IMG/VR virus record: IMGVR_UViG_3300048851_000098
Location: 1 to 64,000 of that record
Strand: one strand, 5' to 3'
Origin: a virus
Length of the DNA stretch: 64,000 nt
The translations under genes and the position numbers were made by a program. The notes below the pieces were generated by a model. That model had not been told where the DNA came from. It saw only the letters and a list, made by a program, of their open reading frames with translations, and made no database searches. Below, in pieces: positions 43,395 through 53,812 of this stretch. Each line of letters starts with the position of its first letter. The stretch's first letter is position 1.

Positions 43395-43723
43395 TGGATG
43401 AAAGACAGATTAGAGATGAGGGATTTGTCAGAGTGGATGAGGAAGGAACACCTGTTGTTGAGCATCGCCCTCTCGACATGAAGGATCTCGCCGGCCCGCT
43501 CGATGTAGTTCATCTCCCGCAGGTTCTCAACGACGAGTTCGGACTGAGCCTCAGTGAAGCTCGACGCATCCTCACCTACGGCGTGGAGATCGATAGCCAG
43601 CCGTGGACTGGTGGCTTGGATGTGCCGCTTGAAGAGATCGATGGAAAGCTCGTGAGAGTAAAGGATCAGACGAAGAGTCTGATGTTCACGTATCGCCCAG
43701 CGCGCGACCGCTATTTCGGCTAA
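43391..43723 (+). CDS. Stand-alone S4-like RNA-binding domain (TyrRS C-terminal type)
   Basis: VHLPQVLNDEFGLSLSEARRILTYGVEIDSQP...LDVPLEEIDGKLVRV. Confidence 0.65.
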   Translation: MMDERQIRDEGFVRVDEEGTPVVEHRPLDMKDLAGPLDVVHLPQVLNDEFGLSLSEARRILTYGVEIDSQPWTGGLDVPLEEIDGKLVRVKDQTKSLMFTYRPARDRYFG

Positions 43724-43725
43724 AG

Positions 43726-45075
43726 ATGGATATTGAGCGCGCTCTCATCAGCAAGATTATCTCGACTGGACAACTGGAAGAAGTAGTAAGTCGAGGCATT
43801 CGCTTCGACTTTTTTAGCGATCCAGAATGTCAAGATATGTTCAAGTATCTTGCCGGTCATGTTCGTAGATACAAGGTTGCTCCCTCTTCTGCTGCGGTGA
43901 AGGAAGCAAAGCCCGGTTTTGAGTATGTAATCGTTCAAGATCCGCTTAATTATTTGATTGACGAGTTTGTTGTCAAAGTCAAGCGACTCAAGGCGAATGA
44001 AATGCTCAGAGAGCTGGCAGTGATTGCTAGCGACAGAGAGAAGAGCCGCGATATCGAGTTGCACTTCATGGAAATCAGTCGCACGCTGGCGACCATGGTT
44101 CCCTCTATCGAAGTTCACAATTTCGCTAGAGATATGGAATCTCGTATTATCGATTACGAGAGAAAAGCAAAGGAAGGTGTTCCGCCTGGAATTCCTTTCG
44201 GTTTCCCGACACTTGATCGTTGGACTGGTGGCATTCAGTCGCACGAATTTGTGACGGTGATGGCCCCATCTGGTGTTGGCAAGTCGACAATGCTGATGAA
44301 GATGGCATTCAATGCGTGGATGGCCGGAAAGACTCCACTCGTTATTTCGCTTGAGATGGAGAAGCATGCCATTGCCCGTAAGTTCGATGCCATGTTCGCC
44401 GGCATCGACTACAACAAAATTAAACACCTTGAACTTCCTGAAGTACAACTTCGCCGTTGGCGTCAAAAATTGCAGGAAGTTGAAGGAAGAGGATGTGACA
44501 TTCCGATCATCGATTCGATTCGCGAATGCACTCCTGATCACGTATTTGCTGAGACTGTTCGGCACAGTCCCGACATTGTTTTCATCGACTACCTGAGCCT
44601 TATGCGGTCCTCGCGGCCCAACAGTAGTAGTTCGTCTCAGTGGCAGACCATCACTGAGATCACTCAGGACATGAAGCAGAACGCGCGTACTCTGAGAGTT
44701 CCGATGGTGGCCGCCGCGCAGACCAATCGCGAAGGCTTCAAGAGAGGCGTCGATCTCGAAAACGTAGGCCAGTCGATTTCTATCGTTTGGGATTCAGACA
44801 TCATCGTTGCGCTGTGGGCGACCGACGAGATGAAAGAAGCCAATCGCATTGATCTCAACCTGCTGAAGAATCGTGATGGTCGTCTTGGTCAACTCAGAGG
44901 CGTGTGGGATCACAAGCACGCCGACTATCGCGAGTGGAGAGATGGTGAAGAGCTGCGTCATTTCCAGCGCGAAGAGCAAGATCGTCAGGAAGATGAACTT
45001 GACAAGGCAATGGAAGTAGCCAAAGAAAAGGCCAAAGCTCAGATGGGAAACCCATTCGAAAAGTTTATGAGATGA
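43726..45075 (+). CDS. dnaB: DnaB-like replicative helicase
   Basis: MAPSGVGKST, ISLEM, VFIDYLSLM, AAQTNR, LKNRDG. Confidence 0.92.
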   Translation: MDIERALISKIISTGQLEEVVSRGIRFDFFSDPECQDMFKYLAGHVRRYKVAPSSAAVKEAKPGFEYVIVQDPLNYLIDEFVVKVKRLKANEMLRELAVIASDREKSRDIELHFMEISRTLATMVPSIEVHNFARDMESRIIDYERKAKEGVPPGIPFGFPTLDRWTGGIQSHEFVTVMAPSGVGKSTMLMKMAFNAWMAGKTPLVISLEMEKHAIARKFDAMFAGIDYNKIKHLELPEVQLRRWRQKLQEVEGRGCDIPIIDSIRECTPDHVFAETVRHSPDIVFIDYLSLMRSSRPNSSSSSQWQTITEITQDMKQNARTLRVPMVAAAQTNREGFKRGVDLENVGQSISIVWDSDIIVALWATDEMKEANRIDLNLLKNRDGRLGQLRGVWDHKHADYREWRDGEELRHFQREEQDRQEDELDKAMEVAKEKAKAQMGNPFEKFMR

Positions 45076-45338
45076 GTGAAGACGAGCTTGGAAAGCAGGA
45101 CATCAAGAGAGTATACGAAGCAATCAGTACGTCTCGTCAAGATGATGAAGAATTTGATGGTGCTGTGCTGATTGGCTTCATGTCTATCGGTGAGTGGATT
45201 ACTGCTGAAGGCAAGAAGTATTTGACACTCATTGATGGCAACGGCTCAGGTGAACGCTTGCATCGTTGGCAAGTACAAGGGTACTGTTTCAATCTTCTGC
45301 ACGACCCCTTGTGGGGACCTGATCGCAAGGAGGACTAA
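45072..45338 (+). CDS. Hypothetical protein
   Basis: Coupled ORF. Confidence 0.55.
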   Translation: MSEDELGKQDIKRVYEAISTSRQDDEEFDGAVLIGFMSIGEWITAEGKKYLTLIDGNGSGERLHRWQVQGYCFNLLHDPLWGPDRKED

Positions 45339-45610
45339 TGCCATTTGATATCGGCACTAGCAACCATTCTAACTTCTATCTGAGAAACCCAATCTATTAT
45401 CCGCCGTTTCAATACGGAACTGGAACCAGAGTCAAGCTGGTGGATCGGCTTCAGCAACAGCATCATTACAACGATTTTCATTTTCAGATTCCAAGAATCA
45501 CACTCGACAGAATCACGCTCGACATGCTTTCAAGAGCGTGGGACGATCCAGAAATTCTTCCGAGATCAGACATGGATGAAATCTATCTCAGATGTCCCGA
45601 TTTGACGTAA
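45338..45610 (+). CDS. Hypothetical protein
   Basis: GGAGGA RBS; coupled ORF. Confidence 0.45.
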   Translation: MPFDIGTSNHSNFYLRNPIYYPPFQYGTGTRVKLVDRLQQQHHYNDFHFQIPRITLDRITLDMLSRAWDDPEILPRSDMDEIYLRCPDLT

Positions 45611-46671
45611 CAAATGTAGATGTTGAGCATTTTCTTGACACTCTAGAGATTCGGAATATCACAAAAGCGACGGAGGAGGAATTCCGATTCTCCTGCCCCT
45701 ACCCGAATCACTCGGGTGGCGATGAGTCACCGTCGTGTTATATGAATGCCGAGACAACTAAGTTCTATTGCCATGGGTGCAAGGAACGAGGCAACGCGAT
45801 TTCGTTTGCCTCTTATTGTCTCGGTATTTCATATATCGCATCAATTTCTCTACTTCGATCGGCATATCAGCCTGGCGCTCTCGACCCTGACGAGATCGAC
45901 ATGGTTGCCGAGATTGAGCGTTTGCTCAATCTAAGAGAAGAAATTGATGAACAACCATTGCTTCCTCCATCTCTCGTAGATAACTACGAGATGGATTGGA
46001 AATTGGCATGGGATGCTTATCAGGAAGGTAATGGCTTCGAACCAGCCAACTACATGTTCGAGCGTGGATTTGATTGGGAAACGCTCACAACATGGGGATT
46101 CGGTTGGGATGATTTTTCCAAGCGCATTGTCTTTCCTGTGTATGACGACGTTGGTCGTCTGATCGGATTCAAGGGGCGAGCCACAGACGGCCGGCATCCG
46201 AAGTACCTCGTGCTCGGTGACGGGCCTAGAAGATCGCTCTACGGCTTTCCGCGTTATTACCCGTCCAGAGTGGTGTTCGGGGCCTACAGAATCCAGGACG
46301 ACCCGGTTCTGATCGTCTGCGAGGGTGAGCTGAATGCCATTGCCGTGACGATGAAGACGGGCCTTCCCGCAGTGGCGATCAACGGCTCCCACTTCACCGA
46401 ATACCACTCCAAGGTCATTCGCAGAATTGCATCTGAAGTGATCCTTTTTCTGGACACCGACAGAGCTGGTGACGATGCCGTGTGGGGCTGGGACGATGAG
46501 AGAACTGGTAAGCACCATTCAGGAATCGTAGAAAGTCTTAGTCCATTTCTCCCTATCAGACTCGTTCCTCCGCACGAGGGTGACCCTGCTTCTATGACAA
46601 AAGAAGAGATCATCGAGTGTGTAGAAAGATCAGAGTCAGATCTATTGACATTTCTTTCTGAACCTTGCTAA
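45592..46671 (+). CDS. dnaG: DNA primase (Zn finger plus TOPRIM)
   Basis: CPYPNH...FYCHGC; IVCEGELNAI; FLDTDRAG. Confidence 0.9.
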   Translation: MSRFDVTNVDVEHFLDTLEIRNITKATEEEFRFSCPYPNHSGGDESPSCYMNAETTKFYCHGCKERGNAISFASYCLGISYIASISLLRSAYQPGALDPDEIDMVAEIERLLNLREEIDEQPLLPPSLVDNYEMDWKLAWDAYQEGNGFEPANYMFERGFDWETLTTWGFGWDDFSKRIVFPVYDDVGRLIGFKGRATDGRHPKYLVLGDGPRRSLYGFPRYYPSRVVFGAYRIQDDPVLIVCEGELNAIAVTMKTGLPAVAINGSHFTEYHSKVIRRIASEVILFLDTDRAGDDAVWGWDDERTGKHHSGIVESLSPFLPIRLVPPHEGDPASMTKEEIIECVERSESDLLTFLSEPC

Positions 46672-46674
46672 GGT
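46645..46674 (+). promoter_or_regulatory. SigA-type promoter upstream of ssb
   Basis: TTGACA-18 nt-TAAGGT. Confidence 0.6.
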
Positions 46675-46729
46675 GATCACACGCGGCGGAAACGCCAGAA
46701 ATAATCAGAAGCAGTAGAGGGAGAATTAC

Positions 46730-47455
46730 ATGCCGCGCGGGTTTGGAGCTGTTCGTCAGGCTGCCGCTGAGCTTGAAAGCAAGCGAGGCTCCGGTGGTCC
46801 GGGAGTCTTCTATTTCAAGTTGGACGCTGGCGAAGAAGCGGTAGTGCGATTTCTTGAGCAGGATGATGATGTCTTCTGCGCAATGATGCACGAAGTTCCT
46901 GTTGAAAATCGCAGTTGGGGTAAGAACGTCGTTTGCATCGATCAAGAGCGCGACGGTACACCTTGCCCCGGTTGCGAACGAGATATGGATCGCCGCTTCA
47001 AAGGCTTCATCAATGTTATTTGGTTCAATGCGCCCGTATTCAGACGTGATGCTGATAGAAAGCTGATCCGCGACAGCGCTACAAACAAGCCAGAGAAGAT
47101 TGGTGAAAGACCACAAGTAGCAGTGTGGAATTCAGGCATTCGCCTTTTCGAAGAACTTGAAGAGATCAACGCCAACTACAAAGGCTTGAAGTCTCGTCGT
47201 TTCAAGGTCAAGCGCAAGGGCAGAGGGCTTGATACGAAGTATGTAATCGTTCCCGAAGACATCGATTCTGGACCACAGCCGATGACTGAAGAGGAACAGA
47301 AGCTTGCGGCCGAGAAGCCTGATCTGAATCAGTTCACCAGACCAGGCACCTACGAAGATTTCCTGCGGGAATTGAGTGGTGGCGGTCAGTCGCAACAGAG
47401 TCAAGAAAGCGGTTCGGCTCCGTCGAGAGCTAACCCTTTCATGCGTAATCGCTAG
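46730..47455 (+). CDS. Phage single-stranded DNA-binding protein (gp32-like)
   Basis: FKLDAGEEAVVRFL...C...CPGC...FKVKRKGRGLDTKY. Confidence 0.75.
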   Translation: MPRGFGAVRQAAAELESKRGSGGPGVFYFKLDAGEEAVVRFLEQDDDVFCAMMHEVPVENRSWGKNVVCIDQERDGTPCPGCERDMDRRFKGFINVIWFNAPVFRRDADRKLIRDSATNKPEKIGERPQVAVWNSGIRLFEELEEINANYKGLKSRRFKVKRKGRGLDTKYVIVPEDIDSGPQPMTEEEQKLAAEKPDLNQFTRPGTYEDFLRELSGGGQSQQSQESGSAPSRANPFMRNR

Positions 47456-47484
47456 AAAAACAACAAACCAGGAGTAAGAGCAAA

Positions 47485-47808
47485 ATGGCTCCAAGACCGA
47501 ACCCTGCCGCTGCATCCAACGGCGAGGCCCCCGAGGTCGAAGGCGGGGAGAAGCAGAAGAGAGAGAAGAAGCCGGCGCTGTACCACATCTACGATGCGGA
47601 AAAGCTGGCCGACGCGCGTATCGGTTCCTACGACGCGATCAACGCCATGGGCGCCATCGCTGCGTTCATCGAATCGGGCGATCAGGAAGAGATCGCCGAG
47701 CAGGTAACGAACGGTAACCTCGTGGTCGCCGTGGTCCCTGAGCGCAACCAGACGGTCGCCTCCGCGCAGGTGCAGACGAAGACCAAGGTGAAGCTCTCCG
47801 CTGTGTAA
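47485..47808 (+). CDS. Hypothetical protein
   Basis: GGAG RBS; GC3-biased codons. Confidence 0.6.
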   Translation: MAPRPNPAAASNGEAPEVEGGEKQKREKKPALYHIYDAEKLADARIGSYDAINAMGAIAAFIESGDQEEIAEQVTNGNLVVAVVPERNQTVASAQVQTKTKVKLSAV

Positions 47809-47816
47809 TAATCTGA

Positions 47817-47910
47817 TTGCTGTCGTAATTCCCGCCCGACAGCACTCGGCCAAGAATGCCGCGTACCGCACCGTCGTCAACCGGTGTAGGGCGCGGCATT
47901 CGCCTTTCTT
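47817..47910 (+). terminator. Tandem hairpins (terminator-like) before dnaE
   Basis: tgctgtcg/cgacagca and gaatgccgcg/cgcggcattc followed by ctttctt. Confidence 0.5.
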
Positions 47911-47942
47911 GAGCAGAGTATGTACATAACCGAGGATATGTC

Positions 47943-50900
47943 TTGACAATTGTTCACTTGCATCGCCACAGCGAATTCTCAAGACTTGATGGAATTGGTA
48001 CTGCTCGGCAATATGCAAGACGAGCTGCTGAGCTTGGACAGCCAGCACTTGCACAGACAGATCACGGTACCCTTTCAGGAGCACTGCATCATATTGTCGC
48101 TTGCGCTGGTAAAGATGAAAAGGGCAAGCGAATTCATGATCCGATCATTCCGATCTCAGGCGTCGAAGCTTACTTCCGTCCAGATCGTAGACTCGCTGTA
48201 AAATTTAGACAGCGTCAAGCGTGGCATTTGTGTCTGTTTGCTCGTAATCTCAAAGGCTGGCACAATCTCCTGAATATCGTCTCGACTGCTTATGCCGATC
48301 CGAAGGACGGCGGTGGCTTCTATCAGTACCCGTGTGTCGATTGGGAACTGCTCGAACGATATAAAGAGGGCCTTGCTGTCTCTTCGGCTTGCATCTCCTC
48401 ATATCTTTCAACACTCGTACAGGATGGACACGCTGCTTCCATCAGAGAGTTTGTTGGGAGAATGCTCTCGATCTTCGGAGAGAATTTCTGGATCGAGATC
48501 ATGCCGCACGACTTCGAGGAGCAGTGGAGACTCAATCTGGCCCTCGTAGATGTCGCGCAGGAATTCAGTGTCCCTCTGATCGCTACTAACGATGCTCACT
48601 TCCCCTTCAGAGAGTGGGCAGAGACGCAGCGTGTAGCGAAGCTCTGCGGGACCAAGAGATCTTTCAAGTCAGTCGAGATTGACAAGGCGAAGGGCAGAGC
48701 GAGCTACCTCGCGGATCTTCACCCGACTTTGTATCTGGCTTCCGAGGATGAAATGCGGACGTGGTTCCGCAAGCATCATCCTGGTATTCCGCCATCGGTT
48801 GTTGATGAGTCAATCAGCAACACGGTTTTGTTCATGCAGAAGATCAAATTCTTCATGCTCGACAAGACCGACAAGCTTCCCAAGGTCGTCAACTCGAAAG
48901 ACGAAGGCGAAGCCCTTTTGAGATCGTGGATCGATGAGGGATGGGATCGACTCTGTGAGGAATACCCCGAAGACCATTGGGATAGATGGTCCAGACAGAC
49001 ATATTTGGATCGTATTGAGTCGGAATGGAAAATCCTCAAGAGCAAGGGAGTAATTGATTACTTCCTGCTGACTGGTGATGTTGTCCGCTGGTGTAAGAGT
49101 GACGCTCCTCTTCCAGACAGATCAACATGGGAGAAATTCAGACATGAAGAGGGAAGAAAGCGACCAATTCGTGTTGGTCTTGGTCGTGGCTCTGCTGCTG
49201 GCTGCCTCATTTCGTATCTGGTTGGAATTGTTGCGATTGATCCCATTTCGTGGGGACTTCTTTTCGAGCGTTTTCTCAATCCTTCGCGCAAGGGTCTTCC
49301 GGATATCGACCTCGATTTCCAGAGACACCGCCGGCATGAAGTCAAGGAATACATCTCCCAACAGCACGGTCGAGATCACGTTGCAGACATCATCACCCAT
49401 GCTCGATTCCAACCAAAATCTGTACTCAAGGCGCTCTGTCGAGTTCATGACATCCCGTTTGCAGAGTCGAGAGCGGTAACAGACACAATCGAGATCCGGC
49501 AGGATTCAGAAGAAACAACACTCGAAGAGCTGCTTCCGCTCAACGAAGCACTGAGAGCTTTCAAGAACAGATATCCCCAAATTTGGGAACACGCGCTGCG
49601 TCTTGAAGGCACAGTAGAAAATGCCGGCAAGCATGCTTCCGGAGTAATCATCACTCCCAAGCCTGTTGCTGATTACATGGCGTTGGAACGAGGCACGAGA
49701 GGCGATCTCGTAACGTCATGGTCAGATGCAGCCGACTTCCCCGTTGTTTCTGATCACGGTCTGGTCAAGATTGATGCTCTCGGCTTGCTCGGCTTGGAAA
49801 AGCACGATCACTCACTGCTCGCTATCGAGAGACGCCACAAAAAGTTCATCGATCTCAATAGATTGCCGCCCCTGCGCAATCCATATGACGTAGACGATGA
49901 AGTGCTTGAAGGATTCCGCAAAGGCTGGACTATCGGAATCTTTCAGTTCGGCTCACGCGGCATCACGAGCCTCATGCGCGACATCTCACCGTCCGGCGCT
50001 GCCCTTGACATCGCCGCAGCGAACGCGCTCTACCGTCCTGGCCCTATGAAGGGTGGAGTCACCTGGGACTACCCGAAGCGCAAGAGAATGGCTATCCAGA
50101 ACGACGGCCATTTCGATGAGTGGTACTGGCATGAGTACGTCTTTCCGATTCTGTCTGAGACGTACGGCTTGGTCTGTTATCAGGAACAGGTGATGGAGAT
50201 CTCGAAGCAGCTCGGCGGCTTCTCAGGTGCCGAAGCTGATGATCTCCGCAAGGCCATGGGCAAGCTCTACCGCATCAAGGGCGGTAACGCTGCCAAGGAA
50301 TTCATGAAGCGGTTCGAGGAAAGATGGTTCGCCGGCTGTGTGAACCGTGAAATCCCAATCGATATCGCTCACGAGATCTGGAACAAGATCCTTGAGTTCG
50401 GTCACTACGGATTCAATAAGTCGCACTCCGCATCATATGCACTTCAGGCATATCAAGACATGTGGCTTAAGGTGCATTACCCAATCGAATTCTATGCGGC
50501 ATTTCTCACGTACGAAGCTGATGACGATAAGAGAATGGCTGCTATCCGCGAGGCTCGTGGTCGCGAGATTCAGATTCTCCCACCTTGTATCAACTCATCT
50601 GATATCGGATGGACAGCAGATGATAATTGCATTCGCATGGGTATCCCTTCTATCAAGGGGCTTGGTGACAAAGGCGCCGCTGCCATCATCAAAGAGCGCG
50701 CCTATGGAAGATTCGAGAGCATCGATGACTTCAGAGAGCGAGTACCAGCAAAATCAGTAAACAGAAGAGCGCAAGAGGCTCTGTTTGAATCTGGCGCACT
50801 TGATTGCTTTGAGGCCCGAAGAGGCGTTGACGAGAGAATCATTGCTGCGTGGGAAAAGGCTCGCTTGAACATGAGCCTTACGGTGCCGAGTGGCGCCGAC

Positions 50901-51248
50901 AGATATGCAGAAGTGCTGAAGAGAAACATCTACACGCAAGATGAAGTCGCGTCGTATATGCCTGGCACCACTGTGATTGTCGGTGGGGAAATCACCAGAT
51001 TCGAAGTGAAGAACACAAGACGTGGCTCACCCTTTGCCAACGTCGATCTGATCTTTGAACTGAATCAATATCGCGTCAAGTTCTGGTCAGAAGCGCTTGA
51101 AGAAAACTACTCTAAGTTGGCTGAAGGCAACACCATCATCGTTGCCGGAAAGATTGATGAGTGGAATGGATTTCGATCAGTAGTAGCACGCGATGTAACA
51201 GACGATCTGCAAGCTTTGGAAGGTAAAGATGCCAGTCAACCCGAATAA
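47943..51248 (+). CDS. dnaE: DNA polymerase III alpha subunit
   Basis: PHP domain HLHRHSEFS..DG; GRGSAAG; LPDIDLDF; YGFNKSHS; C-terminal OB fold. Confidence 0.95.
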   Translation: MTIVHLHRHSEFSRLDGIGTARQYARRAAELGQPALAQTDHGTLSGALHHIVACAGKDEKGKRIHDPIIPISGVEAYFRPDRRLAVKFRQRQAWHLCLFARNLKGWHNLLNIVSTAYADPKDGGGFYQYPCVDWELLERYKEGLAVSSACISSYLSTLVQDGHAASIREFVGRMLSIFGENFWIEIMPHDFEEQWRLNLALVDVAQEFSVPLIATNDAHFPFREWAETQRVAKLCGTKRSFKSVEIDKAKGRASYLADLHPTLYLASEDEMRTWFRKHHPGIPPSVVDESISNTVLFMQKIKFFMLDKTDKLPKVVNSKDEGEALLRSWIDEGWDRLCEEYPEDHWDRWSRQTYLDRIESEWKILKSKGVIDYFLLTGDVVRWCKSDAPLPDRSTWEKFRHEEGRKRPIRVGLGRGSAAGCLISYLVGIVAIDPISWGLLFERFLNPSRKGLPDIDLDFQRHRRHEVKEYISQQHGRDHVADIITHARFQPKSVLKALCRVHDIPFAESRAVTDTIEIRQDSEETTLEELLPLNEALRAFKNRYPQIWEHALRLEGTVENAGKHASGVIITPKPVADYMALERGTRGDLVTSWSDAADFPVVSDHGLVKIDALGLLGLEKHDHSLLAIERRHKKFIDLNRLPPLRNPYDVDDEVLEGFRKGWTIGIFQFGSRGITSLMRDISPSGAALDIAAANALYRPGPMKGGVTWDYPKRKRMAIQNDGHFDEWYWHEYVFPILSETYGLVCYQEQVMEISKQLGGFSGAEADDLRKAMGKLYRIKGGNAAKEFMKRFEERWFAGCVNREIPIDIAHEIWNKILEFGHYGFNKSHSASYALQAYQDMWLKVHYPIEFYAAFLTYEADDDKRMAAIREARGREIQILPPCINSSDIGWTADDNCIRMGIPSIKGLGDKGAAAIIKERAYGRFESIDDFRERVPAKSVNRRAQEALFESGALDCFEARRGVDERIIAAWEKARLNMSLTVPSGADRYAEVLKRNIYTQDEVASYMPGTTVIVGGEITRFEVKNTRRGSPFANVDLIFELNQYRVKFWSEALEENYSKLAEGNTIIVAGKIDEWNGFRSVVARDVTDDLQALEGKDASQPE

Positions 51249-52260
51249 TTGGGATGATATTGTTGCGAGAATCAACAAGAAATACGAGAATGACATTCGA
51301 CTTGGAAATGACTTTCAGAAAGTAAGCCGAATCCCGACTGGCTCTCTCGAACTGGATGCCGCAATGGGTGGCGGTGTCCCTATCGGTCGCTGGACGCGCT
51401 TCTATGGTGGCTATTCATCTACTAAATCAACTCGTGCCCTGAGTGTTGTTCGCGAAGCTCAGAAGATGGGCCTGCTCTGTGCCTATTACAACTTGGAGAA
51501 GCAATACGATCCGGTGTTCACAAAGAACAGCATCGGCGTCGATGTCGATAACTTGACGGTCGTAGAAGGAACGTCAATCGAAGAGGTTGGCGACAAGATG
51601 GAAGCGCTCTTCCAAGTTGTCCATCTTCACGTCATCGATTCGTGTTCGATTGCTGTTTCCGAAGATGAGCTTGATGCTGATATTCGTGAGTGGCGCCCCG
51701 GTATTACCTCGCGCGCTTGGGGCAAGGTGTTTCGTCGTCTGAATGAGCGCTTCGATCAGAACGAGAACACCGTGATCATGATCGATCAGGTGCGAACCAA
51801 CTTCAAGACGGGCGCCGAAGAGGCCCCCGGTGGGCGCATCCTTGATCACCAATCCTCTATGACCATCCACTTCAAAAAGGGCGCTTGGCTCCACCGCGCA
51901 GAGGATGGATTCCTTGACGACAGAGCTAGACAGGCCAGAGGCGCATCAGGTCAGATGGAGCCTGCGGGCATTGAGGTCAGAGCACGTGTGATGAAGTCGC
52001 GCGTCTGTCGGCCATTTCGCACTGCAACGATGCGTTTTGATTTCAAGTCACTCGGTTTCGATAACGAATTTGAAGTCATCAAAGCTGCAAAGTATTACGG
52101 GATTGTAGACGTTAGAGGTCGCTTCATCTACTACACGCCTCCGCAAGGTGGAGAAGCGATCCGTTTCGACAACAGAGTAGATTTTCGCAACTTTGTGCGT
52201 AGCGATATCTCTTTCCAGGAAGAGGTTCGCGACCGTGTGATGAGATCATTGGATCGTTGA
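51229..52260 (+). CDS. recA: RecA/UvsX-like recombinase
   Basis: PTGSLELDAAMGGGVPIGR, GGYSSTKST, VIDS, IDQVR, PGG. Confidence 0.88.
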   Translation: MPVNPNNWDDIVARINKKYENDIRLGNDFQKVSRIPTGSLELDAAMGGGVPIGRWTRFYGGYSSTKSTRALSVVREAQKMGLLCAYYNLEKQYDPVFTKNSIGVDVDNLTVVEGTSIEEVGDKMEALFQVVHLHVIDSCSIAVSEDELDADIREWRPGITSRAWGKVFRRLNERFDQNENTVIMIDQVRTNFKTGAEEAPGGRILDHQSSMTIHFKKGAWLHRAEDGFLDDRARQARGASGQMEPAGIEVRARVMKSRVCRPFRTATMRFDFKSLGFDNEFEVIKAAKYYGIVDVRGRFIYYTPPQGGEAIRFDNRVDFRNFVRSDISFQEEVRDRVMRSLDR

Positions 52261-52280
52261 TAATTTGATAGGATAAATCT

Positions 52281-52460
52281 GTGTCGAAGCTCTGCAAAAT
52301 CTGTGACCGACCAACTCACAATGGTTTGTGCAACATGATCGAACTGAGCAATGGCAAGATTGTTCACGCACATCGCGTGGATTCTTACGAAGGCGATGTA
52401 CGAAAGCAAATCGAACGTGGCGAAGTCAAAGTAAGAAACCGCTGGATCAAGAGACGGTAG
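52281..52460 (+). CDS. Small hypothetical protein (not in the ORF track)
   Basis: GTG start; CKIC...H...C. Confidence 0.45.
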   Translation: MSKLCKICDRPTHNGLCNMIELSNGKIVHAHRVDSYEGDVRKQIERGEVKVRNRWIKRR

Positions 52461-52468
52461 GTGTATCT

Positions 52469-52648
52469 ATGCCGATTGAAATAACAAGAGCTGTCTTGAG
52501 AAGGGGCTATGCCTACTGTCTTCACTGTGAAGGCAAGGGTTGTCGTTCAAAATACGACGAGGGCTGGCGATCACTCGCTCATAGTCCCGAACTTGCCGCA
52601 CCACGAACATGCGGTTGGTGCAATGGCACAGGCTTGAGGAAGATATGA
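52469..52648 (+). CDS. DnaJ-type Zn-finger mini-protein
   Basis: CLHCEGKG and CGWCNGTG repeats. Confidence 0.6.
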   Translation: MPIEITRAVLRRGYAYCLHCEGKGCRSKYDEGWRSLAHSPELAAPRTCGWCNGTGLRKI

Positions 52649-53181
52649 CGCTTGTCGTAAATCTCTTCGGCGGCCCTGGAAGTGGCAAGTCAACGACTGC
52701 CGCTGGCGTCTTTCATGACCTGAAGATGAACGGAACAAATGTCGAAATTGCTCATGAATTCGCCAAGGATCTTGTATGGGACAAGTCAGACCGAATGCAC
52801 TTTGAATGCCAGCCGCGCATTGCCGGTGAGCAGATTTGGCGCATCGAGCGACTGATCGGACAAGTTGATGTTGTAATCACTGATAGCCCGGTTCTGTTGT
52901 GCTCGCTTTATCACAAGAGCAGTGGGCCTGTTGAAGAGGCTTTCGACAAATTTCTGATTGAGCAGTGCAAGCACTGGCCTGCGTTGAACATTTACATCAA
53001 CCGTAGTGGTCGCCCTTATAACCCAAGAGGTCGCAATCAGACGCTTGAAGAGGCATTGGATCTTGATGCACAGATTCGTGACTTGCTTGCGCGAACTGAA
53101 ACGCAATACACGACAACTACTGTAGAAGAAGCAACTGACTACACGTATCGACAAATCCGCGATTATATCGGTGGTACGTGA
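52645..53181 (+). CDS. P-loop kinase/ATPase (NadR/AAA_28-like)
   Basis: LFGGPGSGKST; HEFAKDLVW; VITDSP. Confidence 0.75.
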   Translation: MTLVVNLFGGPGSGKSTTAAGVFHDLKMNGTNVEIAHEFAKDLVWDKSDRMHFECQPRIAGEQIWRIERLIGQVDVVITDSPVLLCSLYHKSSGPVEEAFDKFLIEQCKHWPALNIYINRSGRPYNPRGRNQTLEEALDLDAQIRDLLARTETQYTTTTVEEATDYTYRQIRDYIGGT

Positions 53182-53573
53182 TGAATGTCTACATTGCTGG
53201 ACGCACTTATGCTAATACTGCGATCACTGAAGTAGAAGACGTAGTAGAAAATCTCGGTCATGAAATCACTTTCAAGTGGTGGCTCGCCGACGAAGAACAA
53301 AACTGGCGAATCGATCAAGGAATCGCTGCTGATCTTGCTGGTAGAGAACGACAAGCGGTTTGGGAAGCAGATCTTCTTATCCTTTGTTATGCAGAGGATT
53401 TGCTTGGCGGTCTGATTGAAACTGGAATCGCAATTGGTGAAGACAAAGACGTATATATTCTCAATGCGTTTCGAGAATCAGTGTTTTGGCATCTACCCAA
53501 TGTGTATCTGCTGAGAGATATCGAAGAGCTGAAGGTTGCTCTTCGACATGAAAGATACCGTTGGCTGACGTAA
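53178..53573 (+). CDS. Nucleoside 2-deoxyribosyltransferase-like protein
   Basis: VYIAG...AVWEADLLI...GGLIETGIA. Confidence 0.7.
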   Translation: MMNVYIAGRTYANTAITEVEDVVENLGHEITFKWWLADEEQNWRIDQGIAADLAGRERQAVWEADLLILCYAEDLLGGLIETGIAIGEDKDVYILNAFRESVFWHLPNVYLLRDIEELKVALRHERYRWLT

Positions 53574-53812
53574 CGAGACGAAATCCTTTTATTCTCAAAG
53601 CCAAGAGACGCGAGCTAGATCAGCTCAGAATTGGCGATGAAGTAGAAGCAGTATGGAAGGTTGATCCGGCGTATTCAGTCAAGGGTCAGTCAACTGCTCG
53701 GCACAAAGGAAGAATTACTAGAATTTCCGGATGGGGAATAGAAATAGTAGACAAAGATAATGTCTACATGTATTCTCTGTACTACATGTTCTCGTCGGTA
53801 AGAAAGATATGA
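53561..53812 (+). CDS. Hypothetical protein
   Basis: Coupled ORF. Confidence 0.5.
   Translation: MADVTRRNPFILKAKRRELDQLRIGDEVEAVWKVDPAYSVKGQSTARHKGRITRISGWGIEIVDKDNVYMYSLYYMFSSVRKI

Noticed and set aside
47943-51248. Intein or intron in dnaE, terL or dnaB
   Set aside because: Lengths are normal and there are no C-terminal HN/C splice motifs or LAGLIDADG blocks
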